From NCBI GenBank assembly GCA_965237955.1, contig OZ250169.1, forward strand, positions 3,712,001-3,776,000: DNA of 64,000 bases, read 5' to 3'. Shown here piece after piece: positions 1 through 8,783 of this stretch (positions within the stretch are counted from its first letter, which is position 1; each line of letters starts with the position of its first letter). The DNA comes from Candidatus Marinacidobacterales bacterium (GTDB lineage Bacteria; Acidobacteriota; Vicinamibacteria; Marinacidobacterales; SMYC01). The position numbers were made by a program, and so were the translations under genes. The notes under the pieces are model-generated. The model saw only the letters and a program-made list of their open reading frames with translations. It had not been told where the DNA came from and did not search any database.

Positions 1-1910
1 CCGTCCGGCGGCAGATCCGGAATGCGGCTCGTGACGTTCGTCCAGTTTTGACCGCCGTCACGACTCACCTGAACCAGTCCGTCGTTGGTCCCGGCCCAGA
101 GCACGCCCTGTTCAACCGGCGACTCGTCGAACGCGTAGATCACGCAACAGTACTCGACGCCGACGTTGTCCGGCGTCAGACCCCCGGAGATACCCTGCCT
201 CGACTTGTCGTTCGTGGTGAGATCCGGACTGAGGATCTCCCAGCTCTGTCCGTCGTTTTGGGTTCGATGGACATACTGGCTGGTGACGTAGATGGTTTTG
301 TGGTCATGGGGAGAGATGAGTAGGGGAAAGGTCCATTGGAATCGGTACTTGAGCTCGGCGGCGGGCCACCCCGTGGTGCCCTGCGGCCAGACCTCCAAGT
401 AACGGTACCGTCCGTTGGTCTCGTCGTAGCGCTCCACGATCCCGCCCCCGGAGCCGGAGCCGGAGCCACTCGACCAGATGATGTTCGGGTCGGTGGGATC
501 CGGAGTCGCAAAACCGCTCTCTTGGCCGCCGACTCCATGCCACACGAATCGGGGCATTTCCCGGCCACGAAACCTACGGTGGATCTCGCTTCTGCTGGGA
601 CCGCGCGTCGACGGACCGTCCTGCCGGTTGCCCAAGACGTTGTAGGGGATCGCGTTGTCCACGGTCACGTGGTACATCTGGGCGATGGGGAGCTGGATGA
701 TGTGCCAGGTCTTGGCCCGGTTCACCGAAACCGCCGTAGCGTAATCGAAGGCGGCGATCATCCGGTCCCCGTTGGTCGGATCGATCCACATATCGTGGTG
801 GTCGTCGCCGGGGCGCTGCCTCCCCCTGAGCGGGGTGGCGGTTCGCCCGCCGTCCTTCGTGCGAAAGATCGAGCCGGTCAAGAAGTAAGCCTCATCCGGG
901 TCGTCCGGTGTCACGAAACAGTTGTTGTAGTAGTGGGTCCGCCCACCCAGGTTGTGGTTGTGGGTGATGAGCTGCCAGTTTTTGCCACCGTCGTCCGAGC
1001 GCCATAGCTCGCCGCTCTCGGTCTCCTGTCCATTCCGGGGCACACCGTCGCCCGTCTCAATCAAGGCGTAGACGCGATCCGAATCCGCGGGAGTCAGGCA
1101 GATGCCGACCTTTCCCACCGGCAGCTTTGGTAAACCGTGCCCCTCGAGTTTGGTCCAGGTGTCGCCGCCATCTCGCGACAGGTAGATCCCGCTGCCGGGT
1201 CCACCGCTCTCGCGGCCCCAGGTGTGGATCTCGATCTGCCACATCCCCGCGAAGAGGATCCGAGGGTTGTTCAGATCCATCTCCAGGCTCGAGGCCCCCG
1301 TATTCTCATCCACGAAGAGCACGTGCTCCCAGGTCTCACCGCCGTCCTTGGTGCGGAAGACTCCTCGCTCGGCCTGCGGGCCGTGCGAGTGTCCCAGCGC
1401 TGCCACATAGACGATGTCCGAGTTCTTCGGGTGGATGACGATCCGCGAGGTGCGACTCGGCCCCGCGAGACCCATGTGGCGCCACGTTTCACCGCCGTCG
1501 GTGGACTTGTAGACGCCGGTGCCGAGGGAGACGTTCGAGCGGATGTGGGTCTCGCCCGTGCCCGCCCAGACGATATTCGGATCCGACGGCGCCACCGCGA
1601 GCGCCCCGATGGAGTGGTCGGGCTGGTCGTCGAAGACGGGGCTCCAGTGAATGCCCCCGTCCTCCGACTTCCAGATACCGCCTGAAGCGGCGCCGACGTA
1701 ATAGGTCAGCGGATCTCCGGGCACACCCGCCACGGAGGCCACCCGGTTCCCCACTGGGCCAATGAAGCGGTAACGGAGATTCTGATAGTGCTCGGGGGAA
1801 ACCTCCAGTCGAGCTTGTGCGGCGGTCGTCGGGGCCAGGGCCAAGACGATCGAAAGCATCGCCAAGGCGGCCCTCACGTAATCCGACGGACGTCCGGGTA
1901 GGTTCGGCAT
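1..1910 (-). CDS. BNR/Asp-box (VPS10/sortilin-like, GH74-like) secreted beta-propeller protein; 3' part runs off window
   Basis: ATG at 1910 with GGAGG RBS; near-identical DNA to 10165-12071; Asp-box repeats (S.DGG.TW); open to position 1. Confidence 0.85.
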   Translation of the reverse strand, partial: MPNLPGRPSDYVRAALAMLSIVLALAPTTAAQARLEVSPEHYQNLRYRFIGPVGNRVASVAGVPGDPLTYYVGAASGGIWKSEDGGIHWSPVFDDQPDHSIGALAVAPSDPNIVWAGTGETHIRSNVSLGTGVYKSTDGGETWRHMGLAGPSRTSRIVIHPKNSDIVYVAALGHSHGPQAERGVFRTKDGGETWEHVLFVDENTGASSLEMDLNNPRILFAGMWQIEIHTWGRESGGPGSGIYLSRDGGDTWTKLEGHGLPKLPVGKVGICLTPADSDRVYALIETGDGVPRNGQETESGELWRSDDGGKNWQLITHNHNLGGRTHYYNNCFVTPDDPDEAYFLTGSIFRTKDGGRTATPLRGRQRPGDDHHDMWIDPTNGDRMIAAFDYATAVSVNRAKTWHIIQLPIAQMYHVTVDNAIPYNVLGNRQDGPSTRGPSRSEIHRRFRGREMPRFVWHGVGGQESGFATPDPTDPNIIWSSGSGSGSGGGIVERYDETNGRYRYLEVWPQGTTGWPAAELKYRFQWTFPLLISPHDHKTIYVTSQYVHRTQNDGQSWEILSPDLTTNDKSRQGISGGLTPDNVGVEYCCVIYAFDESPVEQGVLWAGTNDGLVQVSRDGGQNWTNVTSRIPDLPPD

Positions 1911-2063
1911 GGTAACGCCTCCAATTCGTAGTTGGTAAGAAACTCCATCACCGCGCGTTCACGCGCTCGTTCGGCCATCGCCCGGGCTTGCTCCCGGACA
2001 ACCGGCCAGGAAGTTTAGTCCGGGTAGCTCGGCTGCGCCATCGGAATCCGGCCAATAGCCGCT
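1..2063. repeat. Dispersed duplication of the BNR gene plus about 150 bp upstream (other copy 10165-12235)
   Basis: Direct alignment by eye: coding region and upstream leader are highly similar with scattered substitutions. Confidence 0.9.
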
Positions 2064-2172
2064 CCGTTTGGATGAGCGGGACAGAGGCTATCTAAACTAA
2101 GATGGTCACCAATATGCTGAGTGAACAGCCTGACACTACCCTCATAACCCATCATCCTTATAAAGGAGAGAC

Positions 2173-3513
2173 ATGATGAAACGGCTCAAAGCCTCTCTGA
2201 GGACTACCTCACTGATTCTTCTGGTTGGTCTGGCCGCTACCGCTCAGCCTGCTGGCCTGGGAGCGCAAACAACCGACATCTCCGCTGTGTGGGAAGTCTC
2301 CACAGTGCTGTTCGGCGAGACGTGGAGGGTGGAACGCTTCACCCTTCAGGTCGATGGCGAACGAGTCACCGGTTTCGCTACCAATGGTTCGGGTAGGAAG
2401 CTGAGCCTGGAAGGAAAAGCCGTCGGAGAGAAAATCGAACTTGCATTGCGGTCGCCGGACGACACTGACGCCACTACCTACGTGGGAACGATTCACAACG
2501 GTACGATGTCCGGCACGGCGAGCATTTCTGGACAGCAATACGAGTGGACGGCCCGGCGGGCTGCTACCCGTCCCTCGGACGCCCCCCGCGTGCATCACTT
2601 CGTGCCGCAGGAGTTCCATCGTGTCTTTTCCGGCGCGATTCTCCCCGTGCTGCGGATCTTCCCCGGCGACACCGTCCGCACCAAGACCGTGGATTCAGGC
2701 GGACGGGATGAACATTCCGTCGCGCGCTCCCTAGGGGGTAATCCCCAAACCGGGCCTTTCTATATAGAGGGCGCACTGCCAGGCGATACGCTGATGGTGC
2801 GCTTCAATCGGGTTCGCCTGAACCGCGATTCGGCCCGCAGTGGGGGGCGCATTATCAGCAACGCCCTGACTCCCGGTTACCTGCAAAGGCTCCATCGCGT
2901 GACTGATTTTGACAGTAACTGGCGACTGGATCGGGAACGTGGAGTGGCGGTTCTGGCCAAGCCCACGCCGCGACTGACGAATTTCGTGGTGCCTTTGCAA
3001 CCGATGCTTGGATGTGTGGGCGTCGCACCATCCCGCGGTCAAGCGATCACTACCGGTGACTCCGGTCCTCACGGCGGCAATATGGACTACAACCAGATTG
3101 GGGAGGGCACGACCGTCTATTTGCCCGTGTTTCGGCCCGGCGCGCTGTTTTTTTTGGGTGATGGCCATGCTATCCAGGGCGACGGAGAATTGACCGGCTC
3201 TGCGCTGGAGACCTCTTTGGAAGTCGAGTTCACCGTGTACGTGCTAGCGGGAAAATCCATCGGCACGCCACGGGCTGAAAACGATGACTTCTTGATGGCC
3301 ATCGGCATCGGAGGGTCACTTACACAGGCCGTGCAGCGCGCCACTTCCGAATTGGCAGGTTGGCTTCAGAGCGACTACAACCTGAATGCTGCGGAAGTCG
3401 CCATGGTTCTCGGCACCTCGATGCGTTACGACGTGGCTGAACTCGTGGGCAGGCAGGTGAGCATTGTGGCCAAGATCGGCAAACCCCTTCTCACTCAACT
3501 GAGCCAGGAATAG
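2173..3513 (+). CDS. Acetamidase/formamidase family protein with signal peptide and extra N-terminal domain
   Basis: NPQTGPFYIEGA.PGD, HGGNMD and GDGHAIQGDGELTGSALET motifs; AAGGAG RBS; hydrophobic N-terminus. Confidence 0.85.
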   Translation: MMKRLKASLRTTSLILLVGLAATAQPAGLGAQTTDISAVWEVSTVLFGETWRVERFTLQVDGERVTGFATNGSGRKLSLEGKAVGEKIELALRSPDDTDATTYVGTIHNGTMSGTASISGQQYEWTARRAATRPSDAPRVHHFVPQEFHRVFSGAILPVLRIFPGDTVRTKTVDSGGRDEHSVARSLGGNPQTGPFYIEGALPGDTLMVRFNRVRLNRDSARSGGRIISNALTPGYLQRLHRVTDFDSNWRLDRERGVAVLAKPTPRLTNFVVPLQPMLGCVGVAPSRGQAITTGDSGPHGGNMDYNQIGEGTTVYLPVFRPGALFFLGDGHAIQGDGELTGSALETSLEVEFTVYVLAGKSIGTPRAENDDFLMAIGIGGSLTQAVQRATSELAGWLQSDYNLNAAEVAMVLGTSMRYDVAELVGRQVSIVAKIGKPLLTQLSQE

Positions 3514-3580
3514 TGGCTCACACCCGGGCTGTGTCTGACGACAGATTCTGTATAAAGATGTCGGAAGAGAGTTCCAAGCG

Positions 3581-6500
3581 CTACCTCGAGCCGTTCCGTT
3601 CCGCGCCGTTCGCGTCATCCGTTTCCAGCCTCTGGTTCAACGCCGGAAGATCGTTGTTCATCAGGGACTCGAGCTGCGATAGGTGCTCGTCGAGCTCGGC
3701 GGAGAGCTCCTCGAACACTTTGTAAGCGCCGTCGGTCGGTTTGGCGTCGCCGTTTTCGACGCTCCGCCTCAAGGACGCGAGACGGTTGTTGAGTCGGATG
3801 GGGAAGTTCAGTGGGTCCTGACGGGTCTGGTTTTTTACCTGATAGAGCTCTTGCTCGATCTCCGAGATCTTGTCGATGAGATCGCGGCCCGCGGTTTGGA
3901 GCTCGGGATTCGCCGAGGCCTCGAGCCTCTCTTCCAGCTGATCGCGGACGCTCCGGATCTCGATCACGGCGTCGTTGGCCGCGCTCGTCTTGTCCCGAAT
4001 CTTGCTCGCGAGCTGGAACTGCTCCTCCAAATCCGCCTGGGTGACGCCTTTGAGACGCGGATCCATGATGATCTCGAGCTCGGCGACTTCCGAAAGCCCG
4101 TTGGCCGTGACCCGGGCTTGGTAGCCTCCCGGAGGCGCCTTCGGTCCAGACTGCGGTCGGCCGCTAAAGATGATCATCCCGTCGAACTCGGTCGCGCCCT
4201 GATAACGCTGGTTCCATTCGAACCGGTTCAATCCCGCCGCGGTGGTCGGCACCGTGGATCGCGGTCCGCCGCGGCTCGGTGGTGCCTCTTCCGCGACCGG
4301 CTCGGTTCCCTCGAACCTGTCAACGACGTTGCCTTGCGCATCGAGAATCTCCACCGTAACGTTGTCCACTTGCTCCGCGAGAAAGTACTGAATCGTGGCA
4401 TTCGACAGACCACGGATCGCCGGCTCGTCGGGCGGGAATACCGTCAGGGTTTTCGTGTAGACCGCCTCGGAAAGCTGGCGCAGGGGCTCGATGTGGTCGA
4501 GGATCCAAAAGCCGCGGCCGTGGGTTCCGAGCACCACGTCGGCGTCTTTGACGACGAGATCGCGGATCGGCGTGTCCGGCAAGTTACTCTGGAGCGACTG
4601 CCAGTGGTCACCGGCATCGAACGAGACGTAGGCCCCGTGCTCCGTCCCCAGGAACAACAGGTTCGGGTTTACGAGATCTTCTCGAACCGCTCGTGCAAAA
4701 TGAAACGGCGCGATCCCGTCCACGGTCTTGGTCCAGTTCTTGCCGTAGTCTCGAGTCCGATAGACGTAGGGCGCGCGGTCATCGACCTGATAGCGGTTGG
4801 CGGCGAGGTAAGCCGTTCCCGGGTTGTGCCGGGACTCCTCGATGATCGAGACGCGGCTGAACTTCGGTAGGTCGGGCGGCGTGATGTCCTCCCAGTCCTT
4901 GCCACCGTCACGGGTGATGTGCACCTTGCCGTCGTCCGAGCCAGCCCAGATGGTATCGACGTCGTGATAGGACGGAGCGAGGGCGAAGACGGTCGCGTAG
5001 ATCTCGGGCCCGTTCATGTCCATGGTGATGACACCGCCGGTCTCGCCGAGTGTTTCGGGATCGGCGTAGGTGAGATCGGGGCTGATTGGCTCCCAGCTCT
5101 GTCCATCGTTCGTCGTCTTCCATACTCGCTGCGAGCAGGTGTACAAAACGTTCTCATCGAGCGGTGAGAAGACGATCGGAAACGTCCATTGCCACCGTTC
5201 AGGAAGTGCGCTCGCGGGCTCTCCCGAGAAAAAGCGCGGATAGACCTGGATGTCGCGCCTCTGACCGTTGCTGCGATCGTAGCGGGTCAGCAGGGCTCCC
5301 TGGCTTCCGGCGTAGAAGATATCCTTGTTCGATGGATGCTGCGTGATGTATCCGCTCTCACCGCCGCCGGCAGCGTAGTACCAACCGTGATTCGGACCAC
5401 GCGCCTGCATGTTGCCCCAGCCTTCGCTCGGGACGCACACGGTGGAATTGTCTTGCTGGGCGCCGCAGACGTGGTACGGGACATCGCTGGTGACGGTCAC
5501 GTGGTAGAGCTGTGTGGTGACGTAGTCCTGCTCGGTCCACGTCTCCCCGCCGTTGAGCGAAACGTTGCCGCCGCCGTCGTTCGCGTTACACATGCGCTGG
5601 GAATTGTTCGGGTCAATCCACAAGTCATGGTTGTCACCATGGGGTACGCGGATCACCGTATCGAAGGTCTCGCCGCCGTCGGCAGATTTGTAGACGCCAG
5701 TGTTCAACGCATAGACCGTTTCCCGATCGAGCGGGTCGGCGTAGATTCGCGAATAGTAGAACGCGCGCGAACGGAGCTTGCGCTCATCGTTCGTGCGCCG
5801 CCACGAAGCGCCACCGTCGTCCGAGCGAAAGACACCGCCTTCGTTCGCTTCGACGACGGCCCAGAGGCGTTTCGGATCGACCGGCGATACGGTGACGCCA
5901 ATCTTGCCAATCGGCCCATCGGGCATGCCCGGATTCTCGGTGAGCTCGACCCAGGTATCGCCACCGTTCTCGGATTTGTACAGGCCGGAATCGGGACCGC
6001 CGCCCCACATCTTCCACGCCTTTCGATAGACCTGCCACAGCGATGCGTAGAGCACCCGCGGGTTGGTGCGGTCAATGGTGAGATCGGCCGCTCCCGCTTT
6101 CGGGCTCTTGTACAGGACCTTTTCCCATGTGTTGCCGCCGTCGGTCGAGCGAAAAACGCCACGCTCCTCGTTGTCCCCGTAAGGATGTCCCAGGGCGGCG
6201 ACGAAGACGACGTCGGGATTCGTCGGATGCACGCGGATCCGCGCAATCGCCTGCGTCTCGCGGAGTCCGAGAGAGCGCCACGTCTCCCCGCCGTCGGCCG
6301 ACTTGTAGACTCCCCTTCCTTGGGTGATGCTCCCGCGAAGCTGCGTCTCGCCACCGCCGATATAGATTACGTCGGGATTCGTTTCCGCCACCGCCACTGC
6401 ACCGACGGAGGACGAATCGATCTTGCCGTCGGTAACGGGAAGCCACGTCGTGCCGCTATCCGTCGTCTTCCACAGGCCGCCGCCGGTCGCCCCGAAGTAA

Positions 6501-6676
6501 TACTCGTTCGGCCGCCCCGGGCTTCCAGTGCACGAAAGCGAACGCCCTCCGCGCGCCGGACCGATGTTCCGCCAGTTGAGTCCACCGAAAAGCTCGGGCT
6601 TGAACTCGAGGTTCTGTGCCCATGCAGGCGCGCCGAAGAGGCCCGCGGCGAGCACGATGATCCATTTGCCTGTCAT
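3581..6676 (-). CDS. BNR/VPS10-type secreted glycosyl hydrolase-like protein
   Basis: WRNIGPARGGR start of mature protein; many Asp-boxes; start reassigned to MTGKW (AAGGAG upstream); signal peptide ending AWA. Confidence 0.85.
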   Translation of the reverse strand: MTGKWIIVLAAGLFGAPAWAQNLEFKPELFGGLNWRNIGPARGGRSLSCTGSPGRPNEYYFGATGGGLWKTTDSGTTWLPVTDGKIDSSSVGAVAVAETNPDVIYIGGGETQLRGSITQGRGVYKSADGGETWRSLGLRETQAIARIRVHPTNPDVVFVAALGHPYGDNEERGVFRSTDGGNTWEKVLYKSPKAGAADLTIDRTNPRVLYASLWQVYRKAWKMWGGGPDSGLYKSENGGDTWVELTENPGMPDGPIGKIGVTVSPVDPKRLWAVVEANEGGVFRSDDGGASWRRTNDERKLRSRAFYYSRIYADPLDRETVYALNTGVYKSADGGETFDTVIRVPHGDNHDLWIDPNNSQRMCNANDGGGNVSLNGGETWTEQDYVTTQLYHVTVTSDVPYHVCGAQQDNSTVCVPSEGWGNMQARGPNHGWYYAAGGGESGYITQHPSNKDIFYAGSQGALLTRYDRSNGQRRDIQVYPRFFSGEPASALPERWQWTFPIVFSPLDENVLYTCSQRVWKTTNDGQSWEPISPDLTYADPETLGETGGVITMDMNGPEIYATVFALAPSYHDVDTIWAGSDDGKVHITRDGGKDWEDITPPDLPKFSRVSIIEESRHNPGTAYLAANRYQVDDRAPYVYRTRDYGKNWTKTVDGIAPFHFARAVREDLVNPNLLFLGTEHGAYVSFDAGDHWQSLQSNLPDTPIRDLVVKDADVVLGTHGRGFWILDHIEPLRQLSEAVYTKTLTVFPPDEPAIRGLSNATIQYFLAEQVDNVTVEILDAQGNVVDRFEGTEPVAEEAPPSRGGPRSTVPTTAAGLNRFEWNQRYQGATEFDGMIIFSGRPQSGPKAPPGGYQARVTANGLSEVAELEIIMDPRLKGVTQADLEEQFQLASKIRDKTSAANDAVIEIRSVRDQLEERLEASANPELQTAGRDLIDKISEIEQELYQVKNQTRQDPLNFPIRLNNRLASLRRSVENGDAKPTDGAYKVFEELSAELDEHLSQLESLMNNDLPALNQRLETDDANGAERNGSR

Positions 6677-6895
6677 GAGGGGTCTCCTTATGAAGCGAGG
6701 TGGGGCGAAGAATAACAGCATCGGCCGTCCAGTCCAATCACGTCGTGCAGGTTTGAGCGCCGGGAAAGTTCTCCAGGTCGTCGCGATGTGGAACCTAGCT
6801 CCGAGGCCCGCTGTCCGACCGCGCACGATTCCGCGACAAACGACGGGCGAATCGTGTTCGATTTACTCCGGACGCGATCGCACTTGTGTTAGTAA

Positions 6896-8611
6896 TCAGT
6901 AGGTGGCCACCCCACCGAACTGACGTCTGAGGTCGGAGCCGCCTTCGAAGATCTTTTCTTCGGGGTCGTAGATGATTACCTGAAAACATTGTGAGAGACG
7001 GTCGGTGAGCTCGAGCGTGTGCCCTTTCACGCGCAACAAGTCAAGCGTGTCCCGAGAGAACGCGTGGTCCTCGATGCGGACGCGATCGGGTAGCCACTGG
7101 TGGTGAAAACGACCAGCATCAACGACTTCCTGCGCGTTCAAGCCATAGTCGACGGCGTGCAAGATTGTCTGCACGACACCACTGATGATGCTGCGACCAC
7201 CCGGGGTGCCTGTCACCATGAACAGCTCGCCATCTTTGGCGACGATCGTCGGGGTCATGCTCGACATCGGCCTCTTTCCCGGTGCCGGAAGGTTCCGCTC
7301 GATGCCGATCAAATTCGTCTGGGTCCTTCCTTCCCAGCCGTTTTCGCCCACCATGTAGGCATCAGGCGTGCCATGGAAATCGCCAAGCTCCGTATTGAGC
7401 TGAAACCCAGCGCCGGTCACGACCGACATCGAACGCCCAAGGGTATAGATGACCGACACGGCGTTCCGCTCGCCGTCCACGACTGAGTAGGCCGTCGTTT
7501 CCGGACTCTCGGTGGGCGACTCGAAACCCGTCGACGACGACGTCGAGGCCCGATCGAGGTCGATCGTTGTACGGAGTTGATTCGCGTACTCCTTCGACGT
7601 CAGCCGCTCGACAGGAATGCCGGGGTTGAAATCTGGATCGCCCATGTAGCGCGCCCGGTCGGCGAACCCACGCCGCATCGCTTCCACCATGACGTGAATG
7701 CTCGCCGCCGAATGCATTCCCATCGCGTTCATATCGAATCCTTCGAGGATGTTGAGCATCTCCACCACGGCGGTGCCGCCGGTGCTCGGCGGCGGCATGG
7801 TGATGATTTCGTAACCGCGGTAAGTACCTCGGATGGCGGTGCGCTTGACCGCTTGCTCGCCCTTCAAGTCGTCGAGGGTGATGAGACCGTCGATACGCTT
7901 CATCTCTTCGACGATGAGACGCGCCGTCTCACCTTCGTAAAAACCCGCCGCGCCGTTTTCCGCGATGCGCTCGAGAGTATCGGCCAAGTCGGGTTGTTTG
8001 AGGATGTCGCCGGCGCGGTACGGCTCGCCGTTTTTCGTGTACTGAGCGAGCGTCCCAGCGTGGTCCTTATACCTCGACCCAATGCCCATGAGTTGGCGCT
8101 CAAAGCTGACCGTCACCAAAATCCCGTCCCGCGCAAGAGCGATTGCCGGCGCGACCACCTGGCTCCATGGAAGCTTCCCATGCTCTTGCCAAGCGAGGTA
8201 GAACCCCGAGACGGTTCCGGGGATGCCCACCGTACGGCCGCTCCGGTAATGGAGGTCCCGGCTGTATTTGCCGTCTTTCATGAACAGTTCCGCGGTGGTG
8301 GCCGCGGGGGCTTTCTCGCGGAAGTCATAGGCGCTCGCTTCGCCGTTCGCGGCGCGGTACACCATGAAGCCGCCGCCGCCGATGTTCCCCGCACCCGGAC
8401 GCGTTACCGCAAGGGCGAGCCCGGTGGCGACCGCGGCGTCGACCGCGTTGCCTCCGGCTCGGAGAACGCTGAGCCCCGCTTCTGACGCGAGCATCTTCTC
8501 GGATATCACCATGCCGCTCCGGCCAAGGATGGGCCTCGAGCTCGCGTAGAGTTGCGACGTCGCAAACGATAAGACGATGGCGAGAGCCAAAAGCTGTTTG
8601 GAACACTTCAT
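6896..8611 (-). CDS. ggt: Gamma-glutamyltransferase family (Ntn hydrolase), secreted, divergent
   Basis: GGNAVDAAVA, GNIGGGGF, DFREKAP, ETT nucleophile, SSMTPT and GTPGG motifs; start MKCSK after GGAGG. Confidence 0.85.
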   Translation of the reverse strand: MKCSKQLLALAIVLSFATSQLYASSRPILGRSGMVISEKMLASEAGLSVLRAGGNAVDAAVATGLALAVTRPGAGNIGGGGFMVYRAANGEASAYDFREKAPAATTAELFMKDGKYSRDLHYRSGRTVGIPGTVSGFYLAWQEHGKLPWSQVVAPAIALARDGILVTVSFERQLMGIGSRYKDHAGTLAQYTKNGEPYRAGDILKQPDLADTLERIAENGAAGFYEGETARLIVEEMKRIDGLITLDDLKGEQAVKRTAIRGTYRGYEIITMPPPSTGGTAVVEMLNILEGFDMNAMGMHSAASIHVMVEAMRRGFADRARYMGDPDFNPGIPVERLTSKEYANQLRTTIDLDRASTSSSTGFESPTESPETTAYSVVDGERNAVSVIYTLGRSMSVVTGAGFQLNTELGDFHGTPDAYMVGENGWEGRTQTNLIGIERNLPAPGKRPMSSMTPTIVAKDGELFMVTGTPGGRSIISGVVQTILHAVDYGLNAQEVVDAGRFHHQWLPDRVRIEDHAFSRDTLDLLRVKGHTLELTDRLSQCFQVIIYDPEEKIFEGGSDLRRQFGGVATY

Positions 8612-8783
8612 GGGGTCCTCCCAAAAAACGCCAGAGTAACGTATCCCGACCGATTGCGCCACTCGGAGGTGCACCACAACGGACATGCGGCGGAATAGTC
8701 TGTCAGCAGCTTCTTTCGAAAAGCGGCTTTGGGTGCACGAATAGTCTTGACTCCGAACAACGCTCCCCGGGCTCCGGGATGGC

